A DNA stretch of 58,952 nucleotides, filler included, from Sphacelaria rigidula (GCA_964200075.2; 8 parts of 8 records of this genome joined end to end with filler, not necessarily neighbours in it), one strand, 5' to 3'. Shown: positions 38,916-51,734, counted from the whole stretch's first letter. Notes: generated from the sequence alone by a model not told the origin. Numbers and translations are program-made.

Positions 38916-39088
38916 CTGGCCTCTTTGACAGCCGCCTTGAGGTGTCGTGCCAGGGCAGAGCGATTGTGCGCTCGGAGCCCCTCCATGCCCCGCTCCAAGT
39001 TAGAACGCAGCGCTGCGGCACCTTCGTCCATCACCTCCTGCTTCGCCCCGATGGCCCCCGCCTCAGTGGCAAACTCAGCCAACATTTT
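38916..39088 (-). CDS. Internal exon of an unknown helical protein
   Basis: GC-rich island with CAG acceptor and AG|GTGCG donor; KMLAEFATEAGAIGAKQEVMDEGAAALRSNLERGMEGLRAHNRSALARHLKAAVKEA. Confidence 0.6.
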
Positions 39089-39511
39089 CTGAGATGACGT
39101 GTGTGTGGGGGTTAAAAAATCACAGTGAACACACAGAGAAGGGAACAAAGAAAAAAAAAGTTTGAAAGAAAACAAAAAAAAGGTGAAGATACATGTACTG
39201 GCTGTAGTACGGGGAATATAGATACATACATGTGTATATCTACATGTTATTTTCTCCCCTCACTTTTTGACCCCACCCGAGTCCGTGGTCTCAAGGGACC
39301 CATCGAGCCATCATCCCTGCCCCGGTACAGCACACGCCTTACATCTTAGTATCACCGCGGATTGGATCATGACATGTAGCACTCCTTCACCGCGTCGACT
39401 GTCGTCTAATAACAAACTCTGTGGCATGGACTCTCATTGTTTGATACTTCCGTCCTCACGCATGTAAGCACAGAAATTCGACACTTCTGGTACGGGAAAA
39501 AAGAGGGCAAA

Positions 39512-39953
39512 AACAGCCCATCATCGAAATTAAGGGTGGAGCTTTTCATTGAGGATTAGAATCCGGAGGATTAAAATCTTCGTATCCACACCAAGCCTTC
39601 GAAATATGGTTCCATTCCTTCACCTACTAGTAGCTATTGACGGCTACTACACGCCACACAAATGTAGATTTCGATAACCAAAATGTTGAGGTCCTAGGTG
39701 ACAAAATAATTCCGGGGAGTTTCGGCGGTCCGATCAAGTCACTTACAATCCCCGAAATTGTTTCTTCACCTAGGACCCCAACATTTCGGTATTGAAATCC
39801 AAACTTGTAGAGCGTGTAGCTGTTATCAATAGCTACTAGTGCGTGAAGAATGACACCATATTTCGAAGGTTTGGTGTGGATACGAAGATTTAAATCCTCC
39901 GGATTCTCATCCTCAATGAAAAGCTCCACCCTCAATTTCGATGAGCGGCTGTT
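39512..39953. mobile_element. Foldback MITE with about 200-bp arms
   Basis: CAAA|AACAGCC...GGCTGTT|CAAA; nearly the whole element is self-complementary. Confidence 0.85.
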
Positions 39954-40783
39954 CAAACTCGACGCATCTAGTGGGGATCGGACCCGCGATTGTTCCAAAC
40001 CTAATGGTGTCAGATGTACCATTTTATTTTAAATCACCCGGGGTGCGGCGGCCTTATAAATAAACCTTCTACGCCTTCGACAACATATGGTCAACAGATG
40101 CGACAAACAAGAAATGTACTGGGTAATGTACAGACCTATTGCAACTTTTTTCGCCCGTCAATAGTTTTGCAATAGTCCTATACTTTATCCAGTACATATT
40201 TTTTGTATTTCACATGTTGAGTATATGGTCATTGGCCAGAGTGTGTATATATACCGGACTGATTCTCATTTGCTGCTTGCCTTAGTCGTATGAGCGGGGT
40301 TGTGTCCGAATTTTTTACTTCGGCACCTGCTTTTTCTGTATTGCCATATCTTCAATTTTTCGCGTTGTGTGACTTTCTCGGGGTCCTAATTTTTTCCTCA
40401 GTCTGTATAGCTTTTTCTTTCTTACAACTTTTTCCTGTTAGTTTAGTTAGACTGTCACCACGAAAAGCGTCCCCCCACTACAGGCTGGGCCGCCTAAGAA
40501 GTGGACTTTCCTTCAGCCGGTTCTAACTGACGATATATCGCGAGTTGTGCCTACTATGACACATCATGGTAATCTGCAAATCAACGCGCGTCCTTCATTT
40601 CACGTAGCACTGCGATCTGACAAGTTCACATCAAACGAAATATCAAAGTGTAGTCAGCTGCGAAGTGTAGAGAGCTGAGGGTGGCATGTGCGGCGGAATT
40701 AGGGGGGAAAACGGTTGATGTTGCCTTTACGCTTATAGTCGGTTGTGCCGCGGCCGCAAAGTGATGGTGCTGCACTCGCTACC

Positions 40784-41131
40784 GTTTGCCCCCGTCGCTC
40801 GGTTGGTCATCTGGAAACCTTTTGGCGGTTGGCTCGTGGGTTTAAATCTCGGAGCAATCTGGGATTTTTTCTCATACCATGGCCAACGGTGGAGAGCGAC
40901 CATGCCGTGGGTACACAAAATTGGACGTAACGGTCGACGAGGGGAAGGGACTGCTGAACCCTCTCGCGGGAAAAAATAAAGGCAAGCGCCGCAGAAGGAC
41001 GGTAGGGTACTAGAAACAAACAAAAAAGAAAAAGCTCATGTGTTGACCTTCCTCCTGTGTGACCACGGCTGGTGCGCTCACATATACCGAAAGGTGTAGA
41101 CCGGCGTCCAGAATAAATGGGACGGCAACAC
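40784..41131 (+). mobile_element. tRNA-derived SINE, full length (about 350 bp)
   Basis: A box TCGCTCGGTTGG, B box GGTTTAAATC, tail CCAGAATAAATGGGACGGCAACAC. Confidence 0.82.
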
Positions 41132-41279
41132 TAGTTGTGGTTGTACAACAACAAGGGAAGTCGTACTGTGGGCGCGCAGTGTCTGAGATGGCACGCAGGC
41201 GAGACCTTCAACGCGCCAAGGCGTTGCGCTTGTAGAAAACATCAAAGTTGCAGCAGAGGTTTTTGTAGTCTAAAAGCAA

Positions 41280-41956
41280 GTCAACCGGTTCTCGACAGAA
41301 AAACGCGGTTTCACTGCTCAATTTCAAGTTGTTCTCCATGAAATTTTGACACGATATACATGAGATATATGTGAAGCCTCTACCGCCCCCCCCCCTCCCC
41401 CTTCCCTTTTTTCGTCGTGAGTAGTTCGTGACCTAGATTCCGGGACACTTTTTTCCTGGTACAAAAGCCTCGACCACTCATTAAAAAACCAAAACTGTCG
41501 AGGGGAGACAATAAGGACTTCGCAACATACGTCATGCGCATCGTGTCAAAATTTCGTGGAAAAATACTTGATACTGAACATCATAACTACGTATCAGTTT
41601 TCTGTGGCTGGTTCATCTCGGCATAGGAACCAGTCTTCGACAAGAACACGCGACTTAGCAGCTCAATTTTGGGTCGTTTTCTATGAAATTTCAAGACGAT
41701 GTACAGGATTCATGTGCAAAGAATCCATCGTCTGCCCCCAACATTTATTTATTTTTTCCGTGAGTTATCGGCGATCAAACATTTAAGAACAGTTTATTTC
41801 GGAACCAAATCGTGGACCCCCCCCCAAAAACAAGAAAAAAAGTGTAGGGGAGAGATGATGGAGTCTTCGTACATACGTCCCGTACATTGCGTCAAAAATT
41901 TCACAGGAAACGACCCAAAATAGGGTCTGCACTTTTGGGGGCCAAAACCGGCCTGA
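41280..41956. mobile_element. Two tandem diverged hairpin units (A-B-A'-B') of a DNA transposon family
   Basis: ATGAAATTT...ACGAT motif alternates in orientation four times; the terminus is the reverse complement of 7407-7441 and 42128-42151. Confidence 0.6.
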
Positions 41957-42885
41957 TTCAGGGGTTCCTCAAATCAGGAACTACACAAGAATATGGGTGA
42001 GGATATCCCCGTTTGCAAATTCATTAGGGATATCCCTAGCAAATTGGAAGAAAAACCCTGGCGTACTCTCACCTATTTCGAAAGTCGTGTTTTGGATGAG
42101 ATAAAGGGTTCCTAACAATTCTTATCTCAGGCCGTAAAAGTGCTGACCCTATCGCAGCATCACTCTTTTCTCGCTCGCTATCGCATCGCATGTTGTCATG
42201 TGCACGCGCATTTTCCGCCCTCATGTTCTTTATGAACCTTGCTTCGATCTGATCGCACAGTTTTTGTTTTGTCAGTGTCGCCTGCATTGTATCACCTTCG
42301 CCTGATCTACACCTGGTCAGCCATAATATCATCGCTGTACCTAACCAGCAATGATCGTGTTCTAGACATTCTCTTTGTTATTCCGGTAGTTGCAAAAAGA
42401 ATTGGGACAATCAACCCACCATGATCAGTATGTACTTTGTTTCCAGGGTCGCATTTTTATTGTGACCATGCGGATTTGTGGAATGCACATGCAGTAAAGC
42501 TTCCATTTTATGTCGATCTTGTTTGCTTTTCTTTCATCTCACATACTCATAGGACACTTTCTACGATAGCCCCCCCCAAAAACGTGCATGGTTTTGGGAG
42601 GCAAAATCTTCCCGTAAATCAAAATGGAAAAAGCCGAGCACAACGAGAAGCTGGGGATTCCCACGCTTGGGTTCGTTCTAGCCATTGTCGCCAATATGAG
42701 GTGCTTCATGCAGCCTGAATCCGAACATCAGGGGCTGTATGGCCATTTTTTTCGTCACACTTTTAGCTGGTTTTGGGGGGAGGCTATTGTAGAAAGTGTC
42801 ATAGTGTTTCAATCTCCGGGTGTCGCGTCTACCATAACTGTCTTTTGAGCCCCTCGATTGTGTTTTGAGTGCTTTGTAATTTTGC

Positions 42886-43490
42886 GCCGCCGTAGTCTTG
42901 CTCTTTCGAGCTGCATTATTTTTCATTTCGTGTTCTGGAAATTTTGTATTTCATTTTGATTGTCTCATCATTTACGCCGCCGTCGTCTTGCTCTTTCGAG
43001 CTGCACTATTTTTCATTTCGTGTTCTGGGAATTTTGTATTTCATTTTGATTGTCTCATCATTCGCGCCGCCGTCGTCTTGCTCTTTCGAGCTGCACTATT
43101 TTTCATTTCGTGTTCTGGAAATTTTGTATTTCATTTTGATTGTCTTATCATTCGCGCCGCCGTCGTCTTGCTCTTTCGAGCTGCATTATTTTTCATTTCA
43201 TGTTCTGGAAATTTTGTATTTTATTTTGATTGCCTTATCATTTACGCCGCCGTCGTCTTGCTCTTTCGAGCTGCACTATTTTTCATTTCATGTTCTGGAA
43301 ATTTTGTATTTTATTTTGATTGTCTCGTCATTTACGCCGCCGTCGTCTTGCTCTTTCGAGCTGCACTATTTTTCATTTCATGTTCTGGAAATTTTGTATT
43401 TCATTTTGATTGTCTCGTCATTTACGCCGCCGTCGTCTTGCTCTTTCGAGCTGCACTATTTTTCATTTCATGTTCTGGAAATTTTGTATT
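42886..43490. repeat. 90-bp tandem repeat, about 6.7 copies
   Basis: Unit GCCGCCGTCGTCTTGCTCTTTCGAGCTGCACTATTTTTCATTTC..., copies nearly identical. Confidence 0.97.
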
Positions 43491-44192
43491 GTGTTTGGCG
43501 CTCGCGATGTTTTTCTTTGACCGTGCGGGTGTAGGCTATCTGCAGGGCCTTGTCTATTGCGCCGCCTGTACTCATCATGCTTGAGCAGGATTCCGCTGGT
43601 AATCGTTTCATCTATCCGGCTCGCAAGGCCGAAACGCCGAATTTACCGCCCGGCACACGACATTTCGATCTGCGTCACGTGGTATAAAACCGAGCCATAT
43701 TTTCATGTACCCTAAGATTTCCAACGTATACTAACCACGCCCTCTATTACTTCCGCCCTTGTTTCACCCACACTCTTGTCCTGGATGTGTCGCATCCCGA
43801 TGAGGAAACCGGCGCTAACGTCATTGCGTTGGGGAGGCCACGCTGGAAACACTGAACGGTTTGCCAATGACGGTATGTTCCCGCGTGGAGTGTCTGCAAT
43901 TTGGTTTGGTTTAGCTAATACCGGGTACCTTTTTATGGAGTGTCCGCAATTTGGTTTGGTTTAGCTAATCCCGGGTACCTTTTTATAGCATTTTGGTAGC
44001 AGGGTCATTACCTTGGTGCCACTAAATAGGATCCCCATTTTATCCCACACTGGTAATCGATCGTATGGTTTGCTATTCACCAGGTTGACTTCTTGACGCA
44101 CCCTGTACCGTAGTTGGATACTACCTTGTTCCTTCGCGGTACCGTAGTTGGATAATACATTGTTCAGTTGCTTCAAACTTGGTTTTCGATAT

Positions 44193-44292
44193 NNNNNNNN
44201 NNNNNNNNNNNNNNNNNNNNNNNNNNNNNNNNNNNNTTAATTAATTAANNNNNNNNNNNNNNNNNNNNNNNNNNNNNNNNNNNNNNNNNNNN
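44193..44292. other. Artificial contig linker
   Basis: N44-TTAATTAATTAA-N44. Confidence 0.99.
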
Positions 44293-44365
44293 GAGGCCAG
44301 AAGAGCTGGGGAGTCCCTCAACAGCATTTAGACGCTGCAGTACTGGCAGACCTGCTAGCGTCACA
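44293..44365 (+). mobile_element. 3' end of an LTR related to the 29645/34129 LTRs
   Basis: GAGGCCAG...CTGGGGAGTCCCTCAACAGCA...GCGTCACA. Confidence 0.7.
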
Positions 44366-44828
44366 CCGACAAGGCAACAGCCGAGAAACGACGGATTCTC
44401 TGGAACTCTTTGGCCCGCCCAATCTGAGGAGACAAATACTAGTACATGCAGTCAATGGATATGATATTACCGTAGGAAATACCCCTGTAGTGAGACAGAT
44501 TTCGCGGAGAAGTCAAACCGCACGGCTCCAAACAGAAAGTCATAAACATGGCCAGCAGCGATCCACCTGCGAGTTTTCATGCTGGCTTTCACTTGTGGTT
44601 GTCATCATACACACTACCCTAGGATGTATCGGGCACGCTCGCGCAACAGCGTGGCACTGATGTACTGAAGGACTCACTACTGTATGAACGTGCTCGACGC
44701 CGCTTCCTCCCCAGGCTACAAACTTCCGGTGAACATCTTTAGCGCGGGAGATGCTGATTTGTGGAACTGGCATCATTTTTACTTTACATCGGTCGGATTT
44801 TCATGCTGGCTTTCACTTGGTTGTCATA

Positions 44829-44938
44829 CACGGGTGGCCACTGGGGTGCCTGCAAGCTCAATGCTGGACGTTACAGACCTTGTGCAACGTCTGCAACGTC
44901 CAAATCTGAGGTTACAGGCACCCCAGCGGCCACCCGTG
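44829..44938. mobile_element. Tc1/mariner-type MITE (TA TSD)
   Basis: TA|CACGGGTGGCCACTGGGGTGCCTG...CAGGCACCCCAGCGGCCACCCGTG|TA. Confidence 0.8.
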
Positions 44939-45174
44939 TAGCACACTTCCCTCGGATGTACGGGGCACCTTCGCGCCACGGCACGGCAGACGGTGAGCTC
45001 CAACAAAACAAAATGCTGCAGAAAGGAGGCAAGTTGGGAAGTGATGGAGAGATAGAGAGGTAGGTGTGGCCAACAGCGAGAGAGGTGCAGACAGACAGCA
45101 GGAGGTGGGATTTATCACAGAGAAACGGCAGAACGCCTCTTGATTAATCAGCATCATTTTCAGGCCTCTCTTAA

Positions 45175-45272
45175 CCCTTAGACCGCGAGATAAGTCGTTC
45201 TGGATCATGCATATTTTTTTTCACTTGGAATTGATGTCGATTCAACAGAAGACTGACCTCGCGGTCTAAGGG
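45175..45272. mobile_element. piggyBac-type MITE (98 bp)
   Basis: TTAA|CCCTTAGACCGCGAG...CTCGCGGTCTAAGGG|TTAA, perfect 15-bp TIRs. Confidence 0.9.
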
Positions 45273-48200
45273 TTAAGCCGACGTCCCAAGAGGTGCCAAA
45301 GTAAGAGGTTGCGCTAATTTCGAGAAGGGAGGCGTGAGTTTCACTGGTGAACAATAGAAGTCACTACCACGAAGGAGAGGCAAATGGGTGACGAAGCCCC
45401 TCGTCTTCGAGTGACGAGTTCCCTGAGTGACGGGTCCCCTAAGCGAAAACGAACGAGAGAGGTAGAGTAGTCATTGGTGCCAAAGTGGAAGAAAGTGTGA
45501 GATTCCGTGAAATCCCGCGACGAAAGCGCGAACTCCCAGAAGAAAACAGGAGATGCCGTTCATCACAGAGAAACGGAACAATAAAATACTGGCCGCTGGT
45601 GCGTCGGAGTGCGGAGGAATACTGCGCTGTCAGGCATCGTCACTGTCACACTTGGGTGCGGGGATAGCATCTGCTGAGAAACACAATGTTTGAGAGTAAT
45701 ATATACTCGACATTCAACTCGAAAATAGCTCTTGTCTCACGACCAGTTCGTTCAAACGCAGGCATCGGTGACATCGCGCATTTCCCTTCCTACCGTCACT
45801 CGCCACTGAACTAGGACGTGCTGATGCCGCACGACCACAAGTACACGGGCGCAAAGCTAGAGAGACAACTTATGCGCTGCTTGCTACTCACAATGCGGAA
45901 CATGTCGTGATCATTCTCGTGCATGGCCGTGGGCGATGTCGCAGCAGCTGCCGAGTCGTCGTCGTCGTCCTGTCAGTACACCAGTTGGGGATCCATCATT
46001 GTGTTAGATATCGATACACACCGTGGTGTCTTGTTTCTACTTTATTTTTTCTCCAAACGTTTCGCACACATTCAATGGCATGAACACGAAGTAATCCATT
46101 GTTTCTCGCTCACTCCTGGAGTAGTCTGTCATGCTTTCATCCATCCCTGCTTCAGCAGGACGAGCCCGTACCGTAGGCTCGAAAGAGATCTACCCTTTCC
46201 TTTCTAGGTTCTTACCCTGCTAGAAGTGGGTACACATTGAACCGACAGCTCCGCGGCCCATTGCGCTTCGTCGAAACGTAAGTAATGCATGTCACTCATA
46301 CCCTCATCCTTTTGGACGAGAAAAACCAGGGGTGACATTACCGTTGGGATCCGAACCCCTCGAGATGCACTCGAATTGGTCGTGAATGTACCAGTTTGGC
46401 CACCAGGGCTTGGCGGTATCGTTGTTTTCGGACGCCAGTACAGAAGAGATCCCTCCCTTCAGACAGTAGTTTACGTGTTTCCATGATCGTTAGCCCTACG
46501 TGTTCCCGAAAATACGATACCTCTACTTGCGTTCCACCACGTAGCAGCATGCTGATCAAACACCCTCCTGCCTGATAACGATGGACATCATTTCATGAGT
46601 GATTTGGCGGTGATCGTGAGCGAAAGAAATCGTTCACGCCGGCTAAAGTTCGGCTCTAAACCGTTCGATGACAGTCACAGCACGGGATTTTGATTTTGGC
46701 CTTGCGCTTGTCGAGATGTCACAGACACCATTGAGCTGAACAGATGACTCTTGAGCTCAGTGGTATGTGTGACAACATCTTAACAAAAGCTAATCCCGGG
46801 ATTGGACAGTTGACTGTTAAGCTCCGTGGTTTTTATGAGATAGATCTTAAAAAAAGCTAGTCCAGGGGTTCGATTCTCCCAACGCGCTCACAGAAGTCAC
46901 GCTGGCCAAGACAAACGTGAAGAAACTGCCCATCACTATACGACAACGACCTCAACATCTACCGGGGAAACCTACTCCAACACCAAGCACAACGTGGATG
47001 GTTCCTCTACGGTGTCGAGGTCAAAGACGCACACGAGTGGTTCACTGCGGCGAAGAACATGGGGAAATGACATCTTGGGGCCGAAAAAGGGGCGGAAGAG
47101 TTCGACCAGACATAGCGACGCGAAGACAAACGCAAAGGCGGCCTTCTAGACAAAGGAGAAGCTGCTGCACGGAGAGCCGCGTACAGCAAACACGCCACCA
47201 CTGACACATCAACAGCAACAGCACGCGAGAAATCCAGGATAGTGATCTTCTACATAGTTTCTCAGCTTGTATCCGACTAGGTATGAATGGGAGAGGCTAT
47301 GTTCACACAGAAATTGACCGAGTCCTGTCTTGTCTTATCGGCTGTCCACTTTTTTCCTTCGCCTGTCTTCTTGCGGTTTTCACTTGCCGCGCTTTTGTAG
47401 ATACTCTACTGTGTCCTTGGGTTTCGTCACTTGTGCAGTTTCCATCTTCTCCGTTTTCTCTCTCTCCTTCTCTCTCTCGTGCGCTGTTTCTCCCCGCACA
47501 TTGATGTGCAAGTAGCGGTTTGGTACCTTGCGTCCGTAGAGCTCATGGGTCAGAGCTCATACCCAAACAGTGTAGCTGAAATAGCAGAGACGCAATCTGC
47601 TGCTATGGCCTGTTGATTTCTCTTCTTCGCGAGTGCATGTGCTTCTTCACGCCAGACCTTTTTCACCTGAAGCTGTGCTGCACGGACCGGCCATTCGTAG
47701 CTAGCTCTATTTCGTTTTCCGGCATTTTCTGTGTTGTATACATCTATATATACTTCTTGGGCTCTTCTCCATGTCTGTTCCTTCCCTCTCTTGCGTGTGT
47801 TTGTTTTGTTCTATCGCCCTTGTTTTTTGTTTACTCCGTTCGTTTTTTTGCCGGCTGTTTTTCTCATGTTTTATTTTCCGTTAGCGAGCGTTCCGTTCAC
47901 CTTGGGTTCGTCTGTCTTGCGGAGAATGACCACGACTTGGTCCCTCGGGGACCAGAAAAACTTGGGACAAATCAAATCAATACACCAAACTCAAAACTCT
48001 CACCACGTCCATCGGAGTGGCAGTCAGGCTCCAAGACGGGTTGATAACCTGCCACCAACGGAAAACAGAGGATGAACAAAAGTCAGGAGACCACCGCGAT
48101 ACCGCATGGCTCTGCCTTTATCGCCATGATTCGACATGCTGCATGCTCAATGGTGAATGAGTGCTTGAGAACCGACAACTATTGATACCCTGCTCCAACA

Positions 48201-49208
48201 CGCACGTATTTTCCCAACAAAACCTACCACAAGCAGTATGAATATGATATCATGTAATCACAATTCGGTACCACAGCAATCTTGTTTATCGTGGATCCTC
48301 TGTGCACGTCTGGTTTATCCCCAGCATTTGCGTGCCCTCCGTGTTTGTTGTACGGATATCAATATCGGGCGGGATATGGCGAACCCTTCATCTTCTGTGG
48401 AGAGTCCGGCTATTTGAGACGTGTAGCTTCAACGTATTTTGTTTTCAAGTTGACTCTGCTATGTTTTGCGGTCACCTTCTCCACTCGTTTGACACCCGCA
48501 CCTCAGTATTTGGGGTGGCAACTGATAGTTCGTAGCTTTCAGCCGATTGAGTTTCGACTTTTGAAGGAGACGCCTGGAGTATTCCCTGTTCCCGGTCCTG
48601 TTCACATTATCATTCCCCGTCGACCCCAGTGTCACCCACGATCACATTTTTGCCCTCAAACGTGTTTGGTTACTCTCAACAGTGACAGAAATGTGGGTAG
48701 TTCTCCATGTGATGCGCCTTCGTAGCACATGCGATATAGAAACGACGGTCACACGGAACCTCATGTATATCTTACGAGTACATGAACCACAGAATTCAGC
48801 TCAGCTTGACCTCAGGCTTACATGTTGCGCGTGACCAAGTCATACATCACATGACAGGCTTTTTGTCGCCTTTTTTCAAGCAGGCGTCCATGGCATAAAG
48901 GAGGTCCTCGTGGTGGTGAGTACACCGAGGATTTCACTGTCAAACCAAAAACTGCTTTTGCGAGACGTAAACATCGGTAGAGGGTTGGAACCATGGATAG
49001 AGCCCTCTTTCTTTTTCTTCAATGGCTCATACGTTTACGTTTCTGACCCACTGCCACGGAACCCCGGCCGCCACGAATGGCTTCCTGAACCTTGATGCCG
49101 CAGATGCTCCTTGCCCGACCAAGGAGTCATGTGAACAACAATCGCAGACGTTGAGCCCCCGCCCCAAAGAGTCTATGTGGCAATTGAGCAACTGCGACGG
49201 CCTGTGTA

Positions 49209-49901
49209 TCAACGTGATCTAGTTCGTATAGCTTGTTCTACCTCGTGGATCACCTGCGGTGGGACGGGAAAATGAGATACTACTCCACTGGTGTTGGCGA
49301 ACAGAGGTGCGTGCGAAGTGGATGCTTGTTGCTGGTGGTGCTGCGGAGCGCCATAGCTCCCGGCGTAGGTGGAACCTGGGCCCATTACCGCGGGAATGGG
49401 CATAGCCATCGCCGGCGGTGCGCCTGTACTCACCGCGAAAAGAGGGGTTGGCGTCGGCATCGCCAGCGGTAGGCCTGTGCCCATTGTAGGAGGCGTGGGC
49501 ATCCCCATCGTGGTGGCGACGGGTTGGGGCACCGCTGCCACTGGTACCATGACGGCTGGGGTAGCAATAACAGCAGCGGCAGCAGCAGCAGCAACAGATG
49601 CCGTCAACGCAGCTCCACCAGCCGCTGAGGTAGACAATGACTGCAGGGACGCGCCTGTCCCCGGGGCTGCCGGCGCCGCTGCTGCGACCGCAGCGGGGGC
49701 TACCCACGCCGATGCTTGCTGCTGTGACGGCGTAACAGCGGGGTTGTTGGCATACCCAGCAGAAGAGACTGTCGGCGCAGAGGGCTGTGTTTGCAAAGTC
49801 GACAAGGGTTCGGCCACAGTTTGGGTCGCGAGCGGGGAAGGGAGACAGGTGGTGATGGGCGATGGAATTTTGTGTTGTACCGTGAGACGGCTTTTCTCTC
49901 T
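49209..49901 (-). CDS. Pro/Ala-rich exon of an unknown gene
   Basis: TAG acceptor at 49902-49904 puts the 202-aa ORF in frame with the upstream exon; 3' boundary uncertain. Confidence 0.55.
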   Translation of the reverse strand, partial: REKSRLTVQHKIPSPITTCLPSPLATQTVAEPLSTLQTQPSAPTVSSAGYANNPAVTPSQQQASAWVAPAAVAAAAPAAPGTGASLQSLSTSAAGGAALTASVAAAAAAAVIATPAVMVPVAAVPQPVATTMGMPTPPTMGTGLPLAMPTPTPLFAVSTGAPPAMAMPIPAVMGPGSTYAGSYGAPQHHQQQASTSHAPLFANTSGVVSHFPVPPQVIHEVEQAIRTRSR

Positions 49902-49968
49902 CTAGGCTTCAATTTGTCGAGGAAAAAATGAGCGTATACACTGACATTTGTACTTGAGTCACCCTCAC

Positions 49969-50429
49969 CTGGCCACGATTGCCATCCTGACCATCAGCAG
50001 CAGCAGGAGCAGAAGTAGAAGCGACAGCAGCAGCAACCGCAGCAGCAGCAGCATCAGCAGCCGCAGCAGCATCAGCAGCCGCAGCAGCATCAGCAGCAGC
50101 AGCCGCAGCCGTCGAAGCAGAAGGAGCAGCCGCAGCAGCATTAGCAGCATCAATAGCAGCACCAGCAGCAGCAATAGCAGCAGCAGCCGCAGCAAAAGCA
50201 GAAGGGGCCGCACCCCCACCCCCACTCCCACCACCGCCACCACCACTACCATTACCACCACCACCACCATTACCACCACCATCGCCCTTGTCGTCAGATG
50301 AACCTCCGGTGAACTCATTAAAGGCGCTCGTCAAGTCCGCGTATTTTCCCCAGATGAAGGGCACCACTTGGTCGATGGCATCCACGACCTCCTTGTAGAT
50401 ATATCTGCGATTTCGCGCACGAAGATCGA
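49969..50429 (-). CDS. Gly/Ala-rich exon of the same unknown gene
   Basis: CAG acceptor, CAG|GTGAGG donor, 67-bp phase-0 intron; RRYIYKEVVDAIDQVVPFIWGKY followed by poly-G and poly-A tracts. Confidence 0.55.
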
Positions 50430-51339
50430 CTGAGCGGCAAAACAACGTGGACTCTGCTACTTAACGTTTACATGACATTCTGGAGAATTGTATAACAAAA
50501 ACAGCAGCTGCTCACCGGCATCACTGCACGGAGAATGAATACGTTGTAGATACTGTTGGGTTTCAAAAATTACTGAAGATACCCCCGGACCCTGACAGAA
50601 GCCTGATGACCGAGTGTTTCATGCCGAGCATTTGGTTTGCAACTCTAATGGATAAAATTTGCACGGTAGGTAACTGAACATGTTTTCCTGTGCATCTGCA
50701 CGAGTAACAAGCGATATTGGTATCCGGTGGCAATGCCAAAACTCCGCAACAACTTGACTTGGATAATCAAGGAAATGTAACCGATCATGATGAATTGGCC
50801 GTTTTAGGTGTTTCCTCCTGATGTTCCCAGATTAAAAAACTGGGCATAGCATGCTGTTTCCAAGCCTGAGAGCTTCAACGCGTTCTTGGTGGTGCGTTGG
50901 CTGAGTCGTTCATTGTTTGGGTCAAAGATGGAGGAAACTATAGGCATAAGAGCATCGTAGCCTCATAGATTCCGAGTTTCTCCAACACTACGAAACATGT
51001 CGCTCTTCGTGCAAGGAGTGCGCTCTCTACTTTGCATCACACAGCAGGGACCTGCATTTTGTGAAATAAGAACAAACGCCGACTCTGCTACAAGCTGTAC
51101 CTCATTTCACTCAGCCGAGACGAACGTCCAGAACATCACACAACAACAAGCACCGATTCTACACCTTTATCTTGTCCCTTTTTTTGTCGTACTCTGTAAC
51201 CCCTGCCCTGCCTCGGCAGTCTCAAGCGATCGTTCCACTTCTCCCTCAGCTCTGGAAGTGCGCGTCTATCAAACTTAATAACTATTGTGTCGTTTCTCCG
51301 TTGCTGTTGCTGTCAATCGCGATCGCGTGAACAACTCAC

Positions 51340-51500
51340 GTTCCATCGCGTTGGACCTTCCGCGCGAGCGGGTTCTCGTCATCCGCCTGGAGGGACGGGA
51401 GCCGGTCGAGAACATTGTAGATGTAACGCTCGACGTTACCCCTTTCTTCGTCCGAGAGGCGCCCATTCTCGGTGTCCTCCTTGAAGCGTCGACAAACACC
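51340..51500 (-). CDS. Probable upstream exon of the same gene
   Basis: FKEDTENGRLSDEERGNVERYIYNVLDRLPSLQADDENPLARKVQRDG ends at a GTGAGT donor; acceptor not defined. Confidence 0.4.
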
Positions 51501-51572
51501 AAACAGTCCAATCCGCGCAAGGACAATGGGTAACGATGATTCAACGTTCACTTAAACCTTTTATCGTTTGAC

Positions 51573-51672
51573 NNNNNNNNNNNNNNNNNNNNNNNNNNNN
51601 NNNNNNNNNNNNNNNNTTAATTAATTAANNNNNNNNNNNNNNNNNNNNNNNNNNNNNNNNNNNNNNNNNNNN
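51573..51672. other. Artificial contig linker
   Basis: N44-TTAATTAATTAA-N44. Confidence 0.99.
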
Positions 51673-51734
51673 CTGACTCGAAACTTCGAGCAACAAATGG
51701 CCCAAAATACCCCCCCCCTATTGTAGGATGACTC
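51673..51734. mobile_element. Right end of the Sola-like MITE
   Basis: GGCCCAAAATAC...CTATTGTAGGATGACTC|TTCC matches 30095-30137. Confidence 0.88.

Noticed and set aside
42898-43584. 228-aa and 196-aa hydrophobic repeat ORFs, or a CRISPR-like array
   Set aside because: By-products of a 90-bp tandem repeat; no unique spacers and no cas genes
49948-50318. Poly-Ser and poly-Leu ORFs
   Set aside because: Alternative frames of the GCT/GCA-rich exon
7284-51672. TTAATTAATTAA recurring every ~7.38 kb
   Set aside because: Artificial six-frame-stop linkers joining length-sorted contigs; nothing can be inferred from neighbourhood across them
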